Positions 21,615 through 30,773 of a DNA stretch of 64,000 nucleotides are shown in pieces (the stretch's first letter is position 1; every line of letters begins with the position of its first letter). Origin of the DNA: Balanoglossus misakiensis (lineage: Eukaryota; Animalia; Hemichordata); NCBI GenBank assembly GCA_040954595.2, contig JBECUI020000030.1, positions 124,001-188,000 on the forward strand, in the 5' to 3' direction. The position numbers and the translations under genes are program-made. The notes under the pieces were generated by a model that was given only the letters and a program-made list of their open reading frames with translations, did no database searches and was not told the origin of the DNA.

Positions 21615-22703
21615 TTATATAACTGAAACTTGTAACTCTTCTAACTGAAATTCCGCTCCAACTGCTCGTAACGATTGATACGTTGTTTCCGATAATTTTA
21701 TTCCGTTTTCCTTTTGCTCTCTTATCTTTTCTGCTTCCATTTGCCCGTGAAATACTACCGTCTTATTTTTTACAGCAGGTGTTGCTATAAGTGCCCGCAG
21801 GAGTTCTCCCATGTCCTTTTTAAACTCTTCTACATCTCTAAAAAAAGCTATATTTATTACTACGAACGTTTGTGCCGATCTACCCGCTGCTTTTTCAGTA
21901 TCTTTTATCTGATAGCTTGCCTTAAATCCCGAAAGTAATCCGGTCAATACGTCTACCATAACAGCTAAGCCATATCCCTTATGACCACCCTGCTTGGGAT
22001 CTTTTCCCCCGAGAGGAACTAATCCTCCACCTCCTTCACCGAGCAACACTTCTAGTACATCCCTTGCCTCTACAACATAATCACCCGCACCATTGACCGC
22101 CCATCCTTCAGGGATTGCTTTATTTTCGTCGGCAAGTCGCTTTATTACGCCTCTCGGTACTGTAGTTGTTGCCATATCTAATACAAAGTCGGTTCCTAAA
22201 TTACTCGGAGCAGCAAATGAGATTGGATTGCTGCCCAGCATTGCTTGTGATGCATGAGTAGGAACCGCTATACACGCAGTGTTACTCATAACCAATCCTA
22301 TCATATTGTTGTCGGCTGCCATTTGTGCATAATATGCCCCAAACCCGAAATGGGTTGACTCTCTCACAGTTCCGATACCAACTCCATACCGATCTGCTTT
22401 TTGTATAACATGAGTCATGGCAAAATTTCCTGCAACCATTCCCATGCCACCATCGGCATCCAGCACAATAGAAGTATTCTTGTCTGATACTATTCGCGGG
22501 GTCTTATTAAGAAGAATAATTCCAGCCTTTATTCCTTCGATATATCTTTGTAAGGCATCAACTCCATGAGATGATATACCTCTTAGATCAGCACTGATTA
22601 ATACATCTGTGCAAATAGCAGCATCTTCTTTTCGTAGCCCACACTTATGAAATACTGCTTCACAATAGCTTCTTAGGTTTGATTCCAATACTCTGAACAT
22701 CAC
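21615..22703 (-). CDS. Ldh_2-family (AllD/ComC-like) oxidoreductase
   Basis: DLRGISSHG, THFG, GSNPISFAAP, LDMATT, GGHKGYGLA. Confidence 0.9.
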   Translation of the reverse strand: MMFRVLESNLRSYCEAVFHKCGLRKEDAAICTDVLISADLRGISSHGVDALQRYIEGIKAGIILLNKTPRIVSDKNTSIVLDADGGMGMVAGNFAMTHVIQKADRYGVGIGTVRESTHFGFGAYYAQMAADNNMIGLVMSNTACIAVPTHASQAMLGSNPISFAAPSNLGTDFVLDMATTTVPRGVIKRLADENKAIPEGWAVNGAGDYVVEARDVLEVLLGEGGGGLVPLGGKDPKQGGHKGYGLAVMVDVLTGLLSGFKASYQIKDTEKAAGRSAQTFVVINIAFFRDVEEFKKDMGELLRALIATPAVKNKTVVFHGQMEAEKIREQKENGIKLSETTYQSLRAVGAEFQLEELQVSVI

Positions 22704-22728
22704 AGACCTCCGAATATAAAATGATATT

Positions 22729-23754
22729 TTAGACGAATGTTACTTGAACTTTCAAGGCATTCATACTCCTATCCTGCACTATACGAAATCCCTTTTCTAA
22801 ATTATTTAAGTCTACCGTATGCGTAACAATATTTTTTAGGTTTATTTTTCCTCTCTCTAACAATTTCAAAGCTATTTCAAATACATTGTTATACCTGAAT
22901 GATCCTTTTACGGTTAGCTCTTTAGTCATTACCAGATCTGCCGGAAGGCTAACATCGGTATTCTGCGTTCCCACTTGAATAATAGTCCCTTTCTTTCTAC
23001 AACTTCTATAACATTGTTTTAATGCATCTACACTTCCGGATGCCTCTAAACAAACATCAAAATCTTGATCATCAATCTCGTTAAACAAATAACAATGCTG
23101 CACACCCCGCTTAAAAGCAAGATCACAAACCTCTTTCCTAACATCTATGAGTGATGTTGATTTCGCACCAAAACTCACTAACAATGCCAAAATTAATTGC
23201 CCTATTGTTCCGCCGCCCCAAACAGCTATATCTTTCGTTTGCATGTTTTCTATCTTCAAGACAACCGATAGAGCTACCATAAGCGGCTCTACTAATGTAG
23301 CTTCCGCCCAACTCAATTTATCATTATTAAAAACAAGACAATTACTTGCAGGAACTAATACGTATTCGCCAAACCCGCCATCAATATGCGGATAACAACT
23401 TGCAGACCCAAAAAATTTCATGTTATCACAAAAATGGCTATCTCCTGTTTTACAGTAGGCACAATTATTACAGGGCATAGCAGGATTAACTACTACCGAG
23501 TCTCCTCTTGAAAAAAGGGTTACTCCATCACCAATGTCTACCACTTCACCTGAAAATTCATGTCCTAGTACCAGTGGTCCCTTCGGTTGAAAATGAGCAC
23601 AATATCCATGTTTATAATACTCCATATCCGAGCCACAAATGCCTGCTACCCGAACCTTTAATACAAGGTAATTCGGAGGAACTACGTTCGGATATTTTCT
23701 AGTCGCAATACGAAGGTCTTTTTTACCTAAAAGTTCTTGAACTGTATATTCCAT
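22729..23754 (-). CDS. Zn-dependent sugar-acid dehydrogenase (L-idonate/L-gulonate 5-dehydrogenase-like)
   Basis: GICGSD, LGHEFSG, structural Zn cysteines, MKFFGSAS..PHIDGGF; RBS AGAGGAG before MEYTV. Confidence 0.85.
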   Translation of the reverse strand: MEYTVQELLGKKDLRIATRKYPNVVPPNYLVLKVRVAGICGSDMEYYKHGYCAHFQPKGPLVLGHEFSGEVVDIGDGVTLFSRGDSVVVNPAMPCNNCAYCKTGDSHFCDNMKFFGSASCYPHIDGGFGEYVLVPASNCLVFNNDKLSWAEATLVEPLMVALSVVLKIENMQTKDIAVWGGGTIGQLILALLVSFGAKSTSLIDVRKEVCDLAFKRGVQHCYLFNEIDDQDFDVCLEASGSVDALKQCYRSCRKKGTIIQVGTQNTDVSLPADLVMTKELTVKGSFRYNNVFEIALKLLERGKINLKNIVTHTVDLNNLEKGFRIVQDRSMNALKVQVTFV

Positions 23755-23773
23755 ATTTCTCCTCTGATAATTA

Positions 23774-25051
23774 TTACTGTGAATAAAATATTGAAGGCAA
23801 CCATAAAGACAGGGAAGGTATATATGTAACAAAAAGCAAAACGATTACACTTACCACAAAAAAAGGAAATACCCCCTTTGTTCCCTCCCATAAAGAAATT
23901 TTTCCTATACTGGAAGCCACAAATAGACAGACACCAACAGGCGGGGTCGTTAGTCCTATCATTAAATTCAATACCATGATGATAGCAAAATGAATGGGAT
24001 CGATCCCTACAGCAGTTGCCACTTGAAGCAAAGATGGAAAAAATACCAGTAAGGCTGCTATTGTTTCCATGAATGCACCAATAAATAATAAAAATAGATT
24101 TATTAATAGCAATATAACTATCTTGTTCTCCGAGATTGTCATAAACAACTTTGTTACAACAATAGGAATCTGCTCGATAGTAAGAATCCAAGCAAATAAA
24201 TTAGCTGCACCCACGAGAAACAAAATGGCACATGTTGCAAATGCGGACTCAAGCAACGCTTCCTTTAGTTTTTGCCACGTCAGTTTCCGATATACAAAAA
24301 AACCAATGACCAATGCATACAGGGCAGCTATGATCGATGCCTCGCTGGGAGTAAAAACCCCACCGACTATACCGAACAGAATAATGAATGTCATTAATAA
24401 GGACCAAAATGCATAATAAAATTCTTGAAAAATTTGCTTGAGGCTGCTCCGCTCTAATTTAGGGTGCCCTCGCTTGACTGATATATAGAAGGAAATAATC
24501 ATCAAGCCTATTCCAAGTAGGATTCCAGGCACTGCACCGGCAATAAAAAGTTTTCCCACTGAAAGTCCGGTAAGAGTACCCACAATAATCATAGGCAAAC
24601 TCGGCGGAATAATCGGACCGATCGTTGCAGAGGCGGCCGTTACCCCTACTGCAAAATCAGATTCGTATCCTTTTTTTTTCATACCGGGAATCAGCACATT
24701 TCCTAAACTGGAAACATCAGCTATCGCAGTTCCTGAAATGCCGGCAAAGATCATTGATGCTATAATGTTTGCAAGACCTAAGCCACCTCTTATGTGTCCA
24801 ACCGTCGCATTGCTAAAACTGATTATCCTATCAGTCATCTCACCCTTGCTCATCAAACTTCCAGCAAACAAAAATCCTGGGATTGAAAGCAAAACAAAAA
24901 CATCAATGCCCCCATATATTTTTTGAGCCGCCACCACTAATGGAATGTCATTTAAAAATAGATATACTAATGAAGAAAATGCAAGTGAAAAAACAACCGG
25001 GACACCAATGAATAAACAAGCAATAAATATTGCAAACAACAATATGATCAC
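23774..25051 (-). CDS. dctM: TRAP transporter large permease
   Basis: FAGISGTAIAD, IIPPSLP, GVFTPSEA, GLTTPPVG. Confidence 0.94.
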   Translation of the reverse strand: MIILLFAIFIACLFIGVPVVFSLAFSSLVYLFLNDIPLVVAAQKIYGGIDVFVLLSIPGFLFAGSLMSKGEMTDRIISFSNATVGHIRGGLGLANIIASMIFAGISGTAIADVSSLGNVLIPGMKKKGYESDFAVGVTAASATIGPIIPPSLPMIIVGTLTGLSVGKLFIAGAVPGILLGIGLMIISFYISVKRGHPKLERSSLKQIFQEFYYAFWSLLMTFIILFGIVGGVFTPSEASIIAALYALVIGFFVYRKLTWQKLKEALLESAFATCAILFLVGAANLFAWILTIEQIPIVVTKLFMTISENKIVILLLINLFLLFIGAFMETIAALLVFFPSLLQVATAVGIDPIHFAIIMVLNLMIGLTTPPVGVCLFVASSIGKISLWEGTKGVFPFFVVSVIVLLFVTYIPSLSLWLPSIFYSQ

Positions 25052-25509
25052 AGTTTATCCCTTTTGATGTGTTTGTAGAATATATATATCTGATTTACTA
25101 AAATGTTCGCAGGGATCAAAAATATTGATGTAAATATTATAAACATAGGAATGAACAGCACCGGCGAAGTCTGCTCCATGCCTAGTATAATCATTGGAAT
25201 AGAATATATAGCAATGACAACCATCGAAATGCTTATCACTGCATTTATAATTATATCAAAAAAGAATCGGATCCCTTTGCTGCTCACCAGTTGATGGAGA
25301 ACATCAACATTAACAAATAACTTGTTTCTAAAAGTTATTCCGGAAGCAAAGGCTACTAAAAACAGCATGAGAAACCGAGCAACTTCCTCTGTCCAACTCG
25401 GGGCTTTCGGTAAAAGAAACCGTGCGAATACCTGTAAGCCAACAACAAAAACTAGAGATAGCAATAAGAGGATAATTAGCCCCTTCGTTAAGGCATCAAA
25501 AATCCGCAT
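25048..25509 (-). CDS. dctQ: TRAP transporter small permease
   Basis: QVFARF..SWTEEVAR, 4 TM helices, between dctP and dctM. Confidence 0.9.
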   Translation of the reverse strand: MRIFDALTKGLIILLLLSLVFVVGLQVFARFLLPKAPSWTEEVARFLMLFLVAFASGITFRNKLFVNVDVLHQLVSSKGIRFFFDIIINAVISISMVVIAIYSIPMIILGMEQTSPVLFIPMFIIFTSIFLIPANILVNQIYIFYKHIKRDKL

Positions 25510-25566
25510 TTAGCCTATCTCTGTTAGAGTAATATGCTCTTGCTCCCACTGCCGCTACAAACAATT

Positions 25567-26546
25567 CTACCTTAGCGCATTAATTTCATTATACAATGCT
25601 TTCTGTTCATCGTTGAGGGCATCGTATACAACTTCACTGGCTATAGCTTCAAAAGCCGCCTTATTTACCGTGTTAAATTGCATTCCCGCGTCAATCAATG
25701 TTTGCTTGTACTCTTTTTCCCTGCTAAAAACAACTCATGTTCATATTCTTGCATTACCTTACCACCATCTATTACTATAGTCTGTAAATCTTCGGGCAAT
25801 GCGCGTAATTGTTTTTCCCCCATCACTACGTAGATCCAACCAATCACATGCTCTGTTTCGTTAACATACTTTTGCACTTCATAAAAATTGGCACTATGGA
25901 TAAGAGATAGCGGATTTTCTTGTCCTTCAACGGTTCCTTGCTGTAAGCCAGTAAACACTTCGGAAAATGCCATAGGTGTTGGTTTTGCTCCAGCAGCAGT
26001 CCAATAGTTTACAAACAGAGGGACATTAGGAACTCTCAAAATCATACCGTTCAAATCCGACGGAGTATTAATAGGTCTATTTGAAGTTAGGTTTCTCGGA
26101 CCTCTCTCAAAATAAGCCAGCGGATAAAAGCCTAAACTATCGCTAATTTGCTGCGAAATAACTTTACCAGGATTACCATTCAAAATTTTTGATAAGTGTT
26201 CAGAATTGCTAATTAAATACGGAACCCCAAGCATTGCTGTTAGCGGAGCATCAAAATTTTGCATTGATTCTCCCGTGATTGTGATGTCTACAACACCTGA
26301 TTTAATACCGTTTATTAAATCAATTTCTTTTCCTAATTGCTCATTAGGATATACCTGTACTTCAATTCTCCCTGCACTGTTTGTTTCTACGTATTCCTTA
26401 AACGCCAATGCTGCTAAGTGCCAAGAATGCTGTTCGTTTGCAAGATGCCCAAACTTGAGTACGACCTTCCCGGCTTCGGCATTTCCTGCCGCAAAGCCCG
26501 TCAGTACAGTACAAGCAATTAAAACTAAATAAAATATCTTTTTCAT
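25567..26546 (-). pseudogene. dctP: TRAP solute-binding protein DctP with one frameshift near the 3' end (real lesion or assembly error)
   Basis: YPNEQLG, LRVP, GLQQGTVEGQENP; ORF stops at 25695, but one extra base at gggaaaaag (~25713-25721) restores EKEYKQTLIDAGMQFNTVNKAAFE...ALR to TAG at 25567. Confidence 0.85.
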
Positions 26547-26586
26547 GTGAACCTCCTAAAAATTTAGAATACAAAGTAACTATAGC

Positions 26587-26620
26587 TTAATTGTTGGCTG
26601 TATGTCAAGCAAACAATTAA
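26587..26620. promoter_or_regulatory. Palindromic operator-like site in the dctP/uxuA divergent promoter
   Basis: TTAATTGTTGGCT-N8-AGCAAACAATTAA (12 of 13 bases inverted match), overlapping a minus-strand TTGACA. Confidence 0.5.
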
Positions 26621-26692
26621 ACATAAAATATCACATAAATTTTTCAAAATATAATACCATAGAAATTATAGATTATAAAAGGAGCGGCAAAC

Positions 26693-27760
26693 ATGAACAT
26701 AGGATTTAGATGGTATGGTCGAAACAATGACAAGGTTACCCTTGCTCACATAAAACAAATACCCAGTACTACCAGTATAGTGTGGTCTTTGCACGACATA
26801 CCGGCAGGTCAGGAATGGGCGGAACATAGAGTAAAAGACGAGGTTGAATATATTACAAGCAAGGGCTTCACAGCAGATGTTATAGAAAGCATTAATGTAC
26901 ATGAAGATATAAAACTCGGAAAAAGCAGTAGAGACGAATACATAACAAACTATATGAAATCCATTAAAACAGTAAGCCGGTACGGCGTAAAAACTATCTG
27001 CTATAATTTTATGCCCGTATTTGATTGGACACGAACCGATCTCTTTAAGAAAATGGAAGACGGGTCGACCGCACTGTTCTTCGAGAAAAGAGTTGTCGAC
27101 AGTATTGATCCCAAGGAGCTTATTAGAAACGTCACAAAAGGGGTAGGAAATGTTACCATGCCCGGATGGGAGCCTGAACGACTCAGTCAAATAGAAGAAT
27201 TACTAGAAGCGTATAAGCATGTCAACGAAGAACAACTCTGGAAAAACATGCAGTACTTCTTGCAAGCAATTATTCCAATTGCCGAAGAATGCAATGTCAA
27301 AATGGCGATACATCCAGACGATCCACCATGGAATATCTTCGGTCTTCCACGCATCATCACCAATCGTGATAATATTGCACGCTTCTTATCTCTCGTCGAT
27401 AATTATTACAATGGATTAACGCTCTGCAGCGGATCGCTTGGAGCCTCACCCGACAATGACATACCGAGTATGGTACGTGAGTTTGGAAACAAGATTCATT
27501 TTGCTCACATACGAAATGTTCGTCATCTTGATAACGGAAACTTTATTGAAAGCTCTCATAAATCATCCGACGGGTCTATTGACATATGCGAAGTAATACG
27601 GGCGTATCATGAAATAGGATTTGAAGCAGTAATACGCCCCGACCATGGCAGGCATATCTGGGGAGAAGATGCATACTGTCGCCCCGGATACGGATTGTAC
27701 GATAGAGCGCTGGGAATTATGTATATACTGGGTGTCTGGGATGCATTAAATAAACAATAA
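26693..27760 (+). CDS. uxuA: Mannonate dehydratase
   Basis: FRWYG, ESINVHEDIK, CYNFMPVFDWTRT, HPDDPPW, RPDHGR, PGYGLYDRALG. Confidence 0.96.
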   Translation: MNIGFRWYGRNNDKVTLAHIKQIPSTTSIVWSLHDIPAGQEWAEHRVKDEVEYITSKGFTADVIESINVHEDIKLGKSSRDEYITNYMKSIKTVSRYGVKTICYNFMPVFDWTRTDLFKKMEDGSTALFFEKRVVDSIDPKELIRNVTKGVGNVTMPGWEPERLSQIEELLEAYKHVNEEQLWKNMQYFLQAIIPIAEECNVKMAIHPDDPPWNIFGLPRIITNRDNIARFLSLVDNYYNGLTLCSGSLGASPDNDIPSMVREFGNKIHFAHIRNVRHLDNGNFIESSHKSSDGSIDICEVIRAYHEIGFEAVIRPDHGRHIWGEDAYCRPGYGLYDRALGIMYILGVWDALNKQ

Positions 27761-27789
27761 AAATATTTTACAATCATGTAGGTTACATT

Positions 27790-28647
27790 ATGAAAGCAAT
27801 AAATAATACAATACAAACTGATTTATCAGAAAAAATTGCCGTAATCACCGGCGGCAACGGCTATCTATGTTCAGAAATGGGCTGCGCACTTTCGCGTAAT
27901 GGTGCTACTGTCATCGTACTTGGACGCAATCAGGAAAAGATCGATTCTGCCGTCTCTCGTATATCGGAATCAGGAAGCCCAGCACACGGACTGCAGGTTG
28001 ACGTAACCGACAAAGCAGCAGTAGTACGTGCACATAGTACCATCACTCAAAATTGGGGCCCATGTGATATTTTGATTAATGGAGCAGGGGGGAACAGCCC
28101 CAGTGTAACGGCAACAGAAGAATTTTGTGACCCAAGTAATATTGATAAGCAGGATATCAATACTTTTTTTGATTTCAATATCAATGATATCGAAGATAAT
28201 ATGAAATTGAACTTTACGAGTGCGTTTCTCTGTAGTCAGGTATTTGCCAAAGATATGGTCAAGAAAAAATCGGGAAACATCATCAACATTTCTTCAATGG
28301 CTACTCGATCATCTATTACGCGTGTTGCCAGTTACAGTGCATCAAAGGCTGCCCTTGATAATTTCACCCATTGGCTTTCGGTATATTTTAGCAAAATCGG
28401 CATTAGAGTAAACGCTATTGCCCCGGGGTTTTTTATTGGAAATCAAAATAGGCAATTACTTATTAAAGAAGACGGAGCATATACGTCCCGGGGACAAAAG
28501 ATTATTAGCAATACTCCAATGGAACGATTCGGTACTGCCGATGAGCTGTCCAGTACTCTTTTATATTTAGTATCGGAAGATTCTCGCTTTGTTACCGGAC
28601 TTATAGTTCCTGTTGATGGGGGGTTTAGTGTCTTTTCCGGTGTATAA
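27790..28647 (+). CDS. SDR, probable fructuronate reductase / D-mannonate oxidoreductase
   Basis: TGGNG, INGAGGN, YSASK, NAIAPGFF; directly after uxuA. Confidence 0.85.
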   Translation: MKAINNTIQTDLSEKIAVITGGNGYLCSEMGCALSRNGATVIVLGRNQEKIDSAVSRISESGSPAHGLQVDVTDKAAVVRAHSTITQNWGPCDILINGAGGNSPSVTATEEFCDPSNIDKQDINTFFDFNINDIEDNMKLNFTSAFLCSQVFAKDMVKKKSGNIINISSMATRSSITRVASYSASKAALDNFTHWLSVYFSKIGIRVNAIAPGFFIGNQNRQLLIKEDGAYTSRGQKIISNTPMERFGTADELSSTLLYLVSEDSRFVTGLIVPVDGGFSVFSGV

Positions 28648-28712
28648 TAATGCAATAGGGATCATTTATGAAAGAACTTGACATCGATGCATTTCCTGTA
28701 TAGCATGCTGGT

Positions 28713-29531
28713 ATGAGCATAGAGGCATATATTGTTGATTCATTTACCGATGCTCCCTTTCAAGGGAATCCCGCAGCGGTCTGTCTCTTGGATACAGAGC
28801 GACCGAAAACGTGGATGCAAAACATTGCCAATGAATTCAACTTATCGGAAACCGCTTTTGTACAACAGGTAGGGAATGACTTTTCCCTTCGTTGGTTTAC
28901 TCCCACAAAAGAAGTTGCCCTCTGTGGCCATGCAACATTAGCAACATATCATATTATGCTGGAAGAACAGATTGTAGATAAAAACAAATCAACATGTTTT
29001 CTTACAAAAAGCGGGAACCTATACGTAACGGGAGATAAACCAATTACTATGAATTTTCCCACTCAGAGGTGCTTACCGGCAGACAGAATCCCCACCCCAT
29101 TCTTTGGAAAAAATATTGATGTCCTACATACTGCACAATCAGCCGATAAGAAAACATGGTTTATTATTGAAATTAACCAAGCTGAAAATATCATCAACTT
29201 GCAACCGAACCTTGAGGCCTTGCGTGCATTACCCTATATGGGCATTATTGTAACCGCCAAGGGACCATTTCCCATACCGGGGAATAGCAATAAGTCGGCC
29301 GATTTTTTATCTCGGGTATTTGTCCCACAAGTAGGAATAGCTGAAGACCCAGTAACTGGGGCAGCACATTGTTGTCTGGTACATTACTGGAAGGATCGCC
29401 TACAACAAGAACAGTTTACTGCGTATCAAGCATCTTTGCGAGGCGGGATCTTGCAACTAGCACTCATAGCTGATAACCGGGTTCATATAGGCGGGAATGC
29501 AAAAACTATTCTGAAAGGCAGACTCGTATAA
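28713..29531 (+). CDS. PhzF-family isomerase/epimerase
   Basis: GNPAAV, NLSETAF, EVALCGHATLA, EDPVTGAAHC. Confidence 0.92.
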   Translation: MSIEAYIVDSFTDAPFQGNPAAVCLLDTERPKTWMQNIANEFNLSETAFVQQVGNDFSLRWFTPTKEVALCGHATLATYHIMLEEQIVDKNKSTCFLTKSGNLYVTGDKPITMNFPTQRCLPADRIPTPFFGKNIDVLHTAQSADKKTWFIIEINQAENIINLQPNLEALRALPYMGIIVTAKGPFPIPGNSNKSADFLSRVFVPQVGIAEDPVTGAAHCCLVHYWKDRLQQEQFTAYQASLRGGILQLALIADNRVHIGGNAKTILKGRLV

Positions 29532-29537
29532 CCTTAC

Positions 29538-29921
29538 TTATTCACCTAAAAGGTTCTTGATAAGTTCGGTATACACATCCTTGTTCATTAATCCATCAAT
29601 CTGATCAGGCTGATCAAGCTTGATGCGTAATAACCACCCCTGCTTGTCGGGGGATTCGTTCACTAATTGCGGTTCACTGCTGAGTCGTTCATTCACAGCA
29701 ATAACGGTTCCACTAAGAGGTGCATTAATATCGCTTGCAACCTTTACGCTTTCAACAATAATAATCGGATCGTTTTGTGCAACATATTTGCCAACTGTTG
29801 GTAAATCAACAAAAACAATATCACCCAACTCTATTTGTGCATAGTTCGTTAAGCCCAATAGTGCGATGTTCTTGTCTTCTATGCGTATCCACTCATGTGT
29901 TTCTGTAAAATATTCAGACAT
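29538..29921 (-). CDS. gcvH: Glycine cleavage system H (lipoyl carrier) protein
   Basis: HEWI, LGDIVFVDLP, VESVKVAS lipoyl-Lys, GWLL. Confidence 0.93.
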   Translation of the reverse strand: MSEYFTETHEWIRIEDKNIALLGLTNYAQIELGDIVFVDLPTVGKYVAQNDPIIIVESVKVASDINAPLSGTVIAVNERLSSEPQLVNESPDKQGWLLRIKLDQPDQIDGLMNKDVYTELIKNLLGE

Positions 29922-30101
29922 TTCCCCTATTTCTCCACAGTTTTTCCACAAAATTAATATGTATTCTTAGTAGTTCACATAGACAAAAAAACGGTCAAAT
30001 ATATCCAATATAAGCATTACAAGCAAAAAATTCTCGCAATAAGCCCGTGAAGAAGCTTTGCACGTCTTATTCTATGTATGTTATCAACAAGCTATCCACA
30101 A

Positions 30102-30770
30102 TCAATTTACAACTGGAAAAATCTTTATTTGTTTTAAGGCGGAATGTGATGAATCCAGACTTTCTGAAGCTACCTCATCAACACCTGAAACAAATGTATG
30201 CACAACACGTCTTTCAAATGCATTGAGAGGAGGCAATAATTGTGCTTGCCCAGATTCTAACACAGTCTGAATTATCCTGTCAGCAAGCTGCTCTAAATTT
30301 TTTGTTCGCTTTATACAATAGTTGTTTACGTCAAGAAAAATTGCAACGGTGGGATCATAGCGATGCTTTATCAAATTAACAATAAGCTGCAAGGCATGCA
30401 CTCCCCTACCATTTTTTCCTACCAATTTATATGCATCTTCGCCTTGTACATCAATAATAAGTCGCCCCGCGTCATCATCCTTAGCTGTAACATCAATACT
30501 CATTCCAATTATCTTTCCAACATGTACTAGAAACTTGACCAACTCCTCTGCACATTCATTATTGCTTTCTACTGTCATTGTACCACCCCCTCCTCTTACA
30601 TGGCCAGGACTTGCTTGAACTTGAACACGGGCCTTTTGAGTCATTTGAAAGAAGCCCCCTTTGAATACATCTATGTGCTGAATATTAAGGTCATCAGCCG
30701 ATAAATTTAGCTCTTTTGCAGCACGTTGTATAGCATCTTTTGGTGTTTTTCCTTCAAACTCAAGTATCAT
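30102..30770 (-). CDS. jag: Jag/KhpB (Jag_N-KH-R3H) RNA-binding protein
   Basis: EFEGKT..AI..A, LVGKNG..HALQ, LNAFERRVVH; downstream of yidC. Confidence 0.88.
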   Translation of the reverse strand: MILEFEGKTPKDAIQRAAKELNLSADDLNIQHIDVFKGGFFQMTQKARVQVQASPGHVRGGGGTMTVESNNECAEELVKFLVHVGKIIGMSIDVTAKDDDAGRLIIDVQGEDAYKLVGKNGRGVHALQLIVNLIKHRYDPTVAIFLDVNNYCIKRTKNLEQLADRIIQTVLESGQAQLLPPLNAFERRVVHTFVSGVDEVASESLDSSHSALKQIKIFPVVN

Positions 30771-30773
30771 ACA

